From Gemmatimonadota bacterium (lineage in GTDB: Bacteria > Gemmatimonadota > Gemmatimonadetes > Gemmatimonadales > Gemmatimonadaceae): a stretch of DNA of 14,041 bases. Made by a program: the position numbers and the translations under genes. This document shows, one piece after another, positions 1 to 7,485 of the stretch (position 1 is the first letter of the stretch; every line of letters begins with the position of its first letter). The notes under the pieces are model-generated. The model had not been told where the DNA came from and ran no database searches. It saw only the letters and a list, made by a program, of their open reading frames with translations. The DNA lies in the NCBI GenBank assembly GCA_031372565.1, contig JANMLN010000069.1, positions 1 through 14,041 on the forward strand, written 5' to 3'.

Positions 1-141
1 TGGGGCCGACCACGGTATCGAGGGTGCCGGTGATGGCGTGGTAGCGATAGCTCGTGAGGCCGAGGGTGGCCCCGGGCGCGGAGGCACTCACGCCGGTGCG
101 CCGCCCCTCCAGGTCGTAGCTGTGGTCGACGCTCCCCGTCG
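1..141 (-). repeat. Left copy of a 141-bp perfect terminal inverted repeat (rhs core sequence)
   Basis: 1-141 is the exact reverse complement of 13901-14041; identity stops at 142 vs 13900. Confidence 0.97.
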
Positions 142-166
142 GTGGGCGTGGCGCCAAGAGAGTCAT
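1..166 (-). CDS. Partial, N-terminally truncated (orphan-like) Rhs/YD-repeat ORF running off the left edge
   Basis: ATG at 166, 6 nt after the gspD stop. Reads MTLLAPRPP-TGSVDHSYDLEGRRTGVSASAPGATLGLTSYRYHAITGTLDTVVGP, in the same frame as and identical to the end of the Rhs ORF on the right. No well-spaced SD (AGGAGGAG is ~15 nt upstream, inside gspD). Confidence 0.45.
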   Translation of the reverse strand, partial: MTLLAPRPPTGSVDHSYDLEGRRTGVSASAPGATLGLTSYRYHAITGTLDTVVGP

Positions 167-172
167 CCCGGC

Positions 173-1666
173 CTACTTCGGCTCCTCCTTCCGGCGCGCC
201 TCGGTCTGCCGATCTGCATCGGCGTCCGTCCGCAGGATCCGCGGCGTGATGAAGATGAAGAGCTCCGACGCCGTGGCCGTGCGCGACGACCGACCGAAGA
301 GCGCTCCCAATAGCGGGATGCTCGACAGGAACGGCACTCCGCCGCCGCGCGTCTCTCGTTGCTGATCGGTCAGCCCGCCCAGAATCACGGTCTGCGAGTC
401 GCGCATCAGCAGCTTGGTCTGGACGGAGCGCGTCGAGATGATGGGCGCGTCGAACTGGGTCTCGGCGGTGGCGTTGTTGACGTCCTGTGTGACCTCCAGC
501 GTCACGTAGCCGTTGGTGTTGATGGTAGGGCGCACGGTGAGCGTCGTGCCCACATCCTTGTACTGCACCACTTGGTCGCGCTGTGGCTGGCTCGTGGGGA
601 GTGAGCGCGAAACCTGCACGAACGGCCGCTGGCTCCCCACGTTGATCACCGCCTTCTCGTTGTTGGTGGCCAGCAGCACGGGCCGACTGATGATGACCGC
701 ATCACCACGAGCGGCCGAGGCGCGCAGTGTGGCCGTGATGTCCTCGCCGCCAATGCGCATCACCTTGAGCAAGAGGTCGCCCAATCCGATCCCGTCGCTC
801 GACCCGCTGATCACTGTGCCCTGAACTCCCACGGTGCGCGGACCCGCCTCTACCCCGACACCGAAGGAGAGACTCCGGTCCTTCCTCACCTCCACAATGT
901 GCACCTCGATGAGCACCTGCAAGGGACGAAGGTCGAGCTCCTGGACCGCTGCCATGATCAGCTCGTAGTCCGTGCGCGCTGCCCGCACCAGCAGGCTGTT
1001 GGTGCTCGGATCCGGAACGATGGTCACATCCCCGCCAAAGGACGCCACCCGCCCGCCACTCACCGACGGTGTCGTTACGGGAGTGTTGGGGGGAGGAGCT
1101 TGCGCCTGCTGGATCTGTTCCGACAGTGGCGCCGCGCGCGCGCCCAGCTCGCCGAGCGCAGCGGCGCGACCATACAGGGCGTTGACCGTCGCCGACACGT
1201 CGGCCGCGCGCGCATGCCGCAGCCGAATGACGAACAGTTCCGGCGCGCCCGTCGACCCCGCGCGACTGCCGTTTGGCCCGGCGCTCGATCCGGCCAGCGG
1301 ACGCATGTCGCGCATCCGGATCCGCCACGTGCCACTCGAATCCGCGATCAGCTCGTGGTTCTGGCTTTCCAGCAGTGAGCGCAGGAGCGGCACCACATCG
1401 CGCCGAGCGATGGGCAGCGGTGTTGCGATCGACACGCGCCCACCCGGCAGGTTCCCAAAGAGCAGCGGACGGTCCAGATACTGTGCCAGCGCCTGCACCG
1501 CCGCGCGCAGGTCGGCGTCGGCCAGCTGCACGCGCAACGAGTCGGGCCCCGCCGCCGCGACCAAGGGTTGGGCGGTCAGCGATCCGCCGCCTTGAGCGAA
1601 CGCGGATGAAGCGCTGAGCATCGCTGTCGCGAAGAGCGAGGACCACCGCAACACGTGGCGCTTCAT
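173..1666 (-). CDS. gspD: T2SS outer-membrane secretin (short form, 497 aa)
   Basis: Sec signal MKRHVLRWSSLFATAMLSASSAFA|Q; N0-like segment (LADADLRAAVQAL); one Secretin_N repeat (IRLRHARAADV...PDPSTNSLLV); QVLIEVHIVEV; secretin signature GGVPFLSSIPLLGALF...LFIFITPRI. ATG at 1666 overlaps the upstream TGA (ATGA). Confidence 0.93.
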   Translation of the reverse strand: MKRHVLRWSSLFATAMLSASSAFAQGGGSLTAQPLVAAAGPDSLRVQLADADLRAAVQALAQYLDRPLLFGNLPGGRVSIATPLPIARRDVVPLLRSLLESQNHELIADSSGTWRIRMRDMRPLAGSSAGPNGSRAGSTGAPELFVIRLRHARAADVSATVNALYGRAAALGELGARAAPLSEQIQQAQAPPPNTPVTTPSVSGGRVASFGGDVTIVPDPSTNSLLVRAARTDYELIMAAVQELDLRPLQVLIEVHIVEVRKDRSLSFGVGVEAGPRTVGVQGTVISGSSDGIGLGDLLLKVMRIGGEDITATLRASAARGDAVIISRPVLLATNNEKAVINVGSQRPFVQVSRSLPTSQPQRDQVVQYKDVGTTLTVRPTINTNGYVTLEVTQDVNNATAETQFDAPIISTRSVQTKLLMRDSQTVILGGLTDQQRETRGGGVPFLSSIPLLGALFGRSSRTATASELFIFITPRILRTDADADRQTEARRKEEPK

Positions 1667-2166
1667 GGAGTGGGCTCCGGTCGGAGTCGCAGCGCCCACG
1701 CAGTATCCCGCCCCACCACGCGCACCAGGTTGTCGCCAATCTCCGACACACGGAGCCCCGACGCCTCGGTTCCCACGAGCACCACCTTCCCCATTGCCCC
1801 TCCGGGCCAGTTCTCGATGACGGCACTCCATGGCGGCCCTCCGATGATGCCCACCAGGCGAAGCGCCGGGAGCGACTCACGTGGGCGTTCGACGGCGGCC
1901 GGTTCTGCCTCAGTGGCGTCGTCGCGCGCGTCGCTTGCTGTATCGTCGGACCCCACGAAGGGGTTGCGCGACGCGAGCGCCTCTAGCCAGTGCTTGGTCG
2001 AGTCCTGCGAGGCGTTCATCGGAGGCGCGCTCGTGCGGACGGCACTGCTCGCTGGCCGTCCCTGCGCCGCCGACATGGTCAGGGCCCCGAGGGCCACCAC
2101 GCAGCCGACGGCCACGGTCCACGCCGCGCGTTCCATTCGCAGCAACGCCGCGCCAAGGGCCCTCAC
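1663..2166 (-). CDS. GspC/GspN-like inner-membrane T2SS component (167 aa, no PDZ domain)
   Basis: N-terminal hydrophobic helix (AWTVAVGCVVALGAL), low-complexity linker with RNPF, and a beta-rich end LRLVGIIGGPPWSAVIE...GLRVSEIGDNLVRV resembling the GspC HR domain. Lies between gspM and gspD; GTG at 2166 overlaps the gspM stop (GTGA). Confidence 0.65.
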   Translation of the reverse strand: MRALGAALLRMERAAWTVAVGCVVALGALTMSAAQGRPASSAVRTSAPPMNASQDSTKHWLEALASRNPFVGSDDTASDARDDATEAEPAAVERPRESLPALRLVGIIGGPPWSAVIENWPGGAMGKVVLVGTEASGLRVSEIGDNLVRVVGRDTAWALRLRPEPTP

Positions 2167-2723
2167 GCGCCCTCCCGTGAGGACGCGCGATAGGCGGCCG
2201 CAACGTCCAGTGTCGCGCGCAGCTGGGTGTCCGCCTGCACGCTGTCGGTGCGCTCCGCGCGCTCGAGATGATACCGCACAATACGGAGCGGGCCCGCCTC
2301 GGCATCCCACCGATGCAGTAAAGACAACTGCTCGTGCCAGGTCCCACGCAGCACCAGACGCACGGTGACAACACCACGTGCCGCCCCGGGGCCGCCCACC
2401 AGCTGCGCGCCGACCCAGGTGAGGCCAACACTCTCGGCCGCACCGCGAGCGAGCTCGCGAAGATGGAGCGCCGCCGTCGCACGCGTCGAGTCCTCTAGAA
2501 CGAGGCTGGTGGCAGTCGCGTTGCTTGCGGAGGCACCCGCAGCAAGCCGCTCGGCCTTGGCCTCGACAAGCGCCAAGCGGTCAATGGCGTTGCGCTCCGC
2601 CTCGCGCGCCGCCTCGACCGCGTGCCACCAGGCCGACGTGCCGCGGAGTACCAGCGTAAGCGCAATCACCACCGCCCCGATCGCGACCGCTCGGCGCTCA
2701 CGCGGACTCCATCGCTCGATCAC
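2163..2723 (-). CDS. gspM: T2SS assembly-platform protein M (GspM/PilO-like, 186 aa)
   Basis: WSPRERR followed by a TM helix, a coiled coil, and a ferredoxin-like end (VRLVLRGTWHEQLSLLHRWD). GTGA overlap with gspL. Confidence 0.78.
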   Translation of the reverse strand: MIERWSPRERRAVAIGAVVIALTLVLRGTSAWWHAVEAAREAERNAIDRLALVEAKAERLAAGASASNATATSLVLEDSTRATAALHLRELARGAAESVGLTWVGAQLVGGPGAARGVVTVRLVLRGTWHEQLSLLHRWDAEAGPLRIVRYHLERAERTDSVQADTQLRATLDVAAAYRASSREGA

Positions 2724-3757
2724 GGTGCCGCTCGGGCGATGCGCGTGAGCCGCACGGCATGGCGCGCCGTCTCACCGGCGCTCGCCGACTCGTAGTCGAG
2801 CTGTCCACCGATGTCAGGGGGTGCGAAACCGCGGAGTCGGCCCAGCGTCGACACGACTGTATACGCGTCCTGCGTCGACACGGTCAGCGAGACGCCGCCC
2901 GAGTCCCACGCGAATGATTCCATGGCATCGTCGGGCGCGAGCGCTTGGGCAACGCGCGCGAGATCATAGGTCAGTCGACCGGGATCGGGAAGCGATGCGG
3001 GGCCTACCTGCGCGCGCAGAGGAGCTCGGCGACGCGCGGCCGACTCCTGCGCCGCAAGGATCGCGTCCGCGCGACGTTCGGCGCGCCACGCCGCCAGCCG
3101 AGGCAGCGCCACGGGCGCGACGAGCATCGCGCATACCGCAACGAGGGCCACGACTGCGGCCGTGAGCGCGCGGGCACGGCCCGCGACCTCCCAACTGGTC
3201 ACATGTCGCGGCGAGATCGTGGGACACTCCGGAAACGCACGTACCGACGCGTCGGCGACGCGTTCGATCGCCTCTTTACTCGCGGAACACGCCGCCAACG
3301 CCGGCATCGCGTCAAGCGGCACGATCGCGCAGAGCCAGCGCCCCGAGCGCCGGACCGCCTGCGCCAGCGGGAGGCAGAGTTCCTGATCGGCCAGCGCAAC
3401 GCGCGGGGGGCCGGGGCTGTTCGCCACGGCGCCCCCTACCACCAGGGCGGCGGACGGGGCGATGACGAAGCGCGCCGGATTCGCGCGCACAATGTCGCCG
3501 TACAGCGAGGGCGGAGTCAGCTCAGGGACCCCCTCAACGGCGACTGTGCGGCACCACGGCGACGGTAACACCGCGACGAGAGCGCGATGCGCGCGCCGAT
3601 CGGGAAGCGCCTGCATTGCCGCGACCCATGCGTCACGGAGCTCGACGGGCGAGCTGAGCGGGCGAGCCGCACCGAGTGGCTGAACGCGACCCTCTGCCAG
3701 CAGCCAGGTGCTGCCATCCGTGAGCGTGGCGAGGATGCTCGGCGGCTCGGCTACCAT
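2720..3757 (-). CDS. gspL: T2SS assembly-platform protein L (GspL/PilN-like, 345 aa, divergent)
   Basis: Cytoplasmic N-region, single TM (ALTAAVVALVAVCAMLVAPVAL), PilN-like periplasmic part (LARVAQALAPDDAMESFAWDSGGVSL). Lies between gspK and gspM; ATG at 3757 overlaps the gspK TAG. Assignment rests mainly on position and topology. Confidence 0.68.
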   Translation of the reverse strand: MVAEPPSILATLTDGSTWLLAEGRVQPLGAARPLSSPVELRDAWVAAMQALPDRRAHRALVAVLPSPWCRTVAVEGVPELTPPSLYGDIVRANPARFVIAPSAALVVGGAVANSPGPPRVALADQELCLPLAQAVRRSGRWLCAIVPLDAMPALAACSASKEAIERVADASVRAFPECPTISPRHVTSWEVAGRARALTAAVVALVAVCAMLVAPVALPRLAAWRAERRADAILAAQESAARRRAPLRAQVGPASLPDPGRLTYDLARVAQALAPDDAMESFAWDSGGVSLTVSTQDAYTVVSTLGRLRGFAPPDIGGQLDYESASAGETARHAVRLTRIARAAP

Positions 3758-4626
3758 GCAATCGCCCGCTGGCTGACGGCTGGGCGTTGTCCGGCGCGCG
3801 CAAGCCGCAGGCGAAGGACCGCCTGTGGCTTGCGCGTCGGCGGGGACAACACGACCACATCCCACGCGTCGGGCGACCACGTTGCGTGCGTCGCCAACCA
3901 CACGGACGCCTCGCGCAGCGAGTCACGCGCCGCCGCCGAGATGCCCTCCATCACGCGCGCCCAATCGGCCAAGTCGGTTGCCTGCCGCGCGCCGACGATC
4001 GCATGTGCTGTCTCGGGCGTCACACCGCGCAGCGCCAGAAGCACGGCAAGCGGCGCGTGGCGCAGGGAGACACGGGCCGAGTCCACCCCGACCAATGGCG
4101 TAGTAGCGTTGAACCGGCTCCAGCCGCGTACGGCGGCCAACTCCGCCGCATGACGGACAGGCGCATTTGACGGAGGAAGCAGCTGTCTGCCACCGTACCA
4201 CGACCACTCGGCGCCGCTCGCGCGCGCCACGGTGTCGGCGTCTTCCCAGTCGAGCAGGGCGTCCGCGAGCGAATCGCCACACGCCCCACTGCCGCACATC
4301 GCGCGGGTCAGACGCCGAAGGACCACCTCGTCGCGGTAGCGAGTCGTCCACGTTCTCCCCACCGGTACAAGGGAGACGCTGCAAGCGGGATCGATCCCGT
4401 GCGTGTCCGCGAGATCGTACCGCTCCCATCCGCTCGACTCGAGGCGCGCCAGCATGGCCGCCGCGCACCCTTCGGCCGTCCAGGTGGCGCGCACCAGCGC
4501 TCGGCGATTGATCCCGCTGCGCACGGTATCGCGCTCGATCAGGAAGGCGGCCGCCGTCGTGACGGATACGAGCGCCACAACGCCAAGGACCGCGATGAGC
4601 GCAAAGCCCGTCGGCGCGCGCCTCAT
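3751..4626 (-). CDS. gspK: T2SS minor pseudopilin K (291 aa)
   Basis: MRRAPTG|FALIAVL (prepilin site without E5, typical of GspK); LADALLDWEDAD; PSNAPVRHAAELAAVRG; VSLRHAPLAVLLALRGV. ATGA overlap with gspJ. Confidence 0.9.
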   Translation of the reverse strand: MRRAPTGFALIAVLGVVALVSVTTAAAFLIERDTVRSGINRRALVRATWTAEGCAAAMLARLESSGWERYDLADTHGIDPACSVSLVPVGRTWTTRYRDEVVLRRLTRAMCGSGACGDSLADALLDWEDADTVARASGAEWSWYGGRQLLPPSNAPVRHAAELAAVRGWSRFNATTPLVGVDSARVSLRHAPLAVLLALRGVTPETAHAIVGARQATDLADWARVMEGISAAARDSLREASVWLATHATWSPDAWDVVVLSPPTRKPQAVLRLRLARAGQRPAVSQRAIAW

Positions 4627-5171
4627 CGCGCGACGCCAATCGCGAGGAAGATCGCCGCGCTGTCGCCAACAGCCTCGATAGCCAACGGCGGATGCAAGCT
4701 GGGCTCCCATCGGGATGTCCACTCGCCGCCGCCCGCCCCGGAGCGCAGGAATCGAAGGCGCCCCGAGGACCCTAAGGGGAGTTGGGCGACACTGGCGCCC
4801 GCCACCTGAGCCACGAGCGCGGCGGCTCGCGTTGCGGGGTCTATGTCGACGCGAAGCACCACCTCACAGGGCACGTCCCCGCCCATCGCGTCGTCGCACC
4901 GCGACGCGAAGCGCGCCTCCACATCGGTCGCGCGGAAGTCGGCGACCGCCAGCGAATCCGCGTGGGCGCGCTGCGTCAGCAGGCGTACGGTCCAGTAGCT
5001 CGCGGCCGCGGCACCCACCGCCGCTGCGCCGCGGCTGACCCGCGACGCGCCATCGTCCGCCACACGCCAAAAGGCATGCGCCCATACGAGCAGGAGGGCG
5101 GCCACCGAGAGCGCGAGCATCAGCTCCAGGAGCGTCATCCCGCGCCGGCAAAGAGCGGAGCTAGCGCGCAT
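4623..5171 (-). CDS. gspJ: T2SS minor pseudopilin J (182 aa)
   Basis: RRG|MTLLELMLAL prepilin motif; C-terminal WTSRW...PPLAIE; GAGG 6 nt before ATG 5171 (alternative ATG 5177); lies just before gspK. Confidence 0.8.
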   Translation of the reverse strand: MRASSALCRRGMTLLELMLALSVAALLLVWAHAFWRVADDGASRVSRGAAAVGAAAASYWTVRLLTQRAHADSLAVADFRATDVEARFASRCDDAMGGDVPCEVVLRVDIDPATRAAALVAQVAGASVAQLPLGSSGRLRFLRSGAGGGEWTSRWEPSLHPPLAIEAVGDSAAIFLAIGVAR

Positions 5172-5550
5172 GGTCATCCTCGACCGGCCGATACACGGTG
5201 GTCTCGAGGAGAACGCGCGTGCGCCCACTATCGACCAACGAGAGCCGGTAGAGTCTCGGCATGGACCGGGTGACGCGCAGGCGATAGGGGCCTTGCTCCC
5301 GCTCGCCAAGGCGCGCATCCAGTTCGACTCGTGACCACAGGCGCACCTTGCTCAGGAACTGGTCCGCCTGTCGCAGCTCGGCGTCGTCGCGACGCACGCG
5401 GTCCAGAACGCCCAGTGCCTCCCGAAGTTGCACGACGAGCGACACGCCGGCGATCGCCAGAATGACGGTGGCGATCAGGCATTCGAGCAGCGCCAGCCCT
5501 GGCCGACCACGCCGTGGCGCGCAGGCGTCGCAGCGTCGGCGCGCGTTCAC
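5161..5550 (-). CDS. gspI: T2SS minor pseudopilin I (129 aa)
   Basis: RRGRPG|LALLECLIATVILAIAG prepilin-like N-terminus; small size; lies between H and J; GTGA overlap. Confidence 0.78.
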   Translation of the reverse strand: MNARRRCDACAPRRGRPGLALLECLIATVILAIAGVSLVVQLREALGVLDRVRRDDAELRQADQFLSKVRLWSRVELDARLGEREQGPYRLRVTRSMPRLYRLSLVDSGRTRVLLETTVYRPVEDDHAR

Positions 5551-5852
5551 GGTGCCGCCATCGGAGCCGTCGCAACTCGACGAGCCGCGGGCTGAAAAGC
5601 GGCCATCATCACGCGCCCATCCGGCGTGGCGCTGACCGCGACGCCTGAGTCGCCCGCGACCACAAACCGCGTGACGCGCGCGCCGGTCGTGACGGCGTCG
5701 TGGCGTGCGCCACGTGCAGCGACCTCTGGCGAAATCCGCCGTGCGCGATCATCCCCGACACGCGGAAGCGACAGCCCCGCCACCGACGCCACTGTGCCCA
5801 GCACAAGGAGCACGACGAGGAGCTCCAACAGCGTGACGCCGCGACGCGTCAT
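5547..5852 (-). CDS. gspH: T2SS minor pseudopilin H-like (101 aa, short)
   Basis: MTRRG|VTLLELLVVLLVLG; ARHDAVTTG resembles the GspH/FimT AR..A...G motif; ATGA overlap with gspF. Confidence 0.78.
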   Translation of the reverse strand: MTRRGVTLLELLVVLLVLGTVASVAGLSLPRVGDDRARRISPEVAARGARHDAVTTGARVTRFVVAGDSGVAVSATPDGRVMMAAFQPAARRVATAPMAAP

Positions 5853-7039
5853 GTTGGCCGCACCGCATACAGTGCCTGTAACAGCGCGGCGGCCACGAGC
5901 GCAATCGTGCCGCCAAAGCCGAGGACCACCACGGGTTCGACAAGCCGTGTGATGGTCCGCGTCCGCGCGACGGCGTCGGCGGACGCCAATGCTCCGCCGC
6001 GGCGGAGTGCGGCAGGCAGCGTGCCCGCCTCCTCCCCGGCACGGGCAAGCCGGGTGACCATCGGACTGAGCGCGTCCGCTTCATGGAGGGCGCGCGATAT
6101 CGAGCGCCCGTCGCGGACCATGTCGGCCGCAGCACGGAACCGCCCGCCGATCGCTGCATCGCCAGCCGCGTCGGCGGCCGTGCGGAGCGCCATGCCGGCT
6201 CCGGCCCCGACCTCAAGCATCATGGCGAGTGCGCGCGCGCTGCGACTCGTAGCCGCCGCGAGCCGAACGGGTCCAATGAGCGGTACCCGCAGCAGCGCCG
6301 CATGCGCGGTCGTGCGGGCCCCCGGCATGCGCCACCACGCGATCAGGGCTGCACTCGCGATGACGGCGAGCACCGCGCCAGGGACGGCAAGCGACGACAG
6401 GATGTGCGCGCCTGCCAGCACGAGAGCGGTCGAACGCGGAAGCGCCTGCCCCAATTCGTCCAGCAGCACCGCAAACCGCGGTAACACGACGGCGATCAAG
6501 AAGCCGAGCGAGGCGCTTCCTGCCACCACGAGCAACGTCGGGTACGCCAACGCGCTCCGCAGCGCCGACCGGAGCTCCTGCGTCTCCTCAAGGTCGGTGG
6601 CGGCGTCACGCAGGCCGTCGGCCAGTCGGCCGGCGGCTTCACCAGCACGCAGTATGCCGAGCGACGACGCGGTCATGCCGGTCCGCTGCGCCGCAAGCGC
6701 GGCTGCGAGGGGGCGACCACCCTCAACGTCGCTCTGTAGTCCTGGGAGCAAGGCGCGCCACCCTGACGGCGCCACGTCGCGAAGGGTTGCGAGCACCTGC
6801 CGCATGGGGAGCCCCGCCCCGATCAGGTCGGACAGGCTGCGGAGGCCGAGCGCCGCATCGCGAAGCGAGGCTTCCTGACCGCGCACTCGCAGAGGCGTGC
6901 GCGCCGAGACCGCGATGACGTGAAGCCCTCGCTCCGCCAGCGCGCCCACCGCCGCTGCCTGCGACGCGGCGTCAACGTGCCCGCGCAACCGAGCGCCCGT
7001 ACTGTCGACGGCCTGGTACCGAAAGGTCGCGAGGCTCAC
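5849..7039 (-). CDS. gspF: T2SS inner-membrane platform protein F (396 aa)
   Basis: FRYQAVDSTGARLRG; two T2SSF repeats (LSDLIGAGLP...AGEAAGRL...ALAYP and LAMMLEVG...AGEEAGTL...LVEP); three TM segments. GTG at 7039 overlaps the gspG stop. Confidence 0.93.
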   Translation of the reverse strand: MSLATFRYQAVDSTGARLRGHVDAASQAAAVGALAERGLHVIAVSARTPLRVRGQEASLRDAALGLRSLSDLIGAGLPMRQVLATLRDVAPSGWRALLPGLQSDVEGGRPLAAALAAQRTGMTASSLGILRAGEAAGRLADGLRDAATDLEETQELRSALRSALAYPTLLVVAGSASLGFLIAVVLPRFAVLLDELGQALPRSTALVLAGAHILSSLAVPGAVLAVIASAALIAWWRMPGARTTAHAALLRVPLIGPVRLAAATSRSARALAMMLEVGAGAGMALRTAADAAGDAAIGGRFRAAADMVRDGRSISRALHEADALSPMVTRLARAGEEAGTLPAALRRGGALASADAVARTRTITRLVEPVVVLGFGGTIALVAAALLQALYAVRPT

Positions 7040-7485
7040 GGGAGCACCGGCCCGCCCCACGAGGTGATGTCGGCATCTTCGCCGCTGCCCCCGGGCTTGC
7101 CGTCGCGGCCAAGCGAGAACAGTTCGAAGGGGTTCGCTTGCTCACCGGTCAGGACCCGATACTGATAGGCATGCCCCCAAGGGTCGGGCGGCACGGGGCG
7201 TCGCAAGTACGGTCCCCGCCAGTTGCGCGGAGCTGGGACCGCCGTCGGGCGCTCGCGCAGCGCGTCGAGCCCCTGCTCGACCGATGGGTAGCCATCGTTG
7301 TCCAGTCGATAGCTGTCGAGCGCCAGACTCAACATCTCGATCTGTGAGCGCGCCGCCTGCACCTTCGCGTCGCCGGCGTTGCGGAAGAGATCGGGCCCGA
7401 CGAGCGCACCCAGCGTCGCGATGATCGCGAGCACCACGAGCAACTCGATCAGGGTGAAAGCGCGCCGCTCAGCCTTCCAGGACAC
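7036..7485 (-). CDS. gspG: T2SS major pseudopilin G (149 aa)
   Basis: RRA|FTLIELLVVLAII; ALDSYRLDNDGYPSVEQGLDAL; WRGPYL...DPWGHAYQY; SLGRDGKPGGSGEDADI. SD GAGGAGG 6 nt before GTG 7485. Confidence 0.96.
   Translation of the reverse strand: MSWKAERRAFTLIELLVVLAIIATLGALVGPDLFRNAGDAKVQAARSQIEMLSLALDSYRLDNDGYPSVEQGLDALRERPTAVPAPRNWRGPYLRRPVPPDPWGHAYQYRVLTGEQANPFELFSLGRDGKPGGSGEDADITSWGGPVLP

Noticed and set aside
1667..5318. Extended starts in the ORF track for gspD (1831), gspC-like (2310), gspL (3901), gspK (4722) and gspJ (5318)
   Set aside because: They overlap upstream genes by ~100-170 nt; the internal starts give stop/start coupling and correctly placed signal or prepilin leaders.
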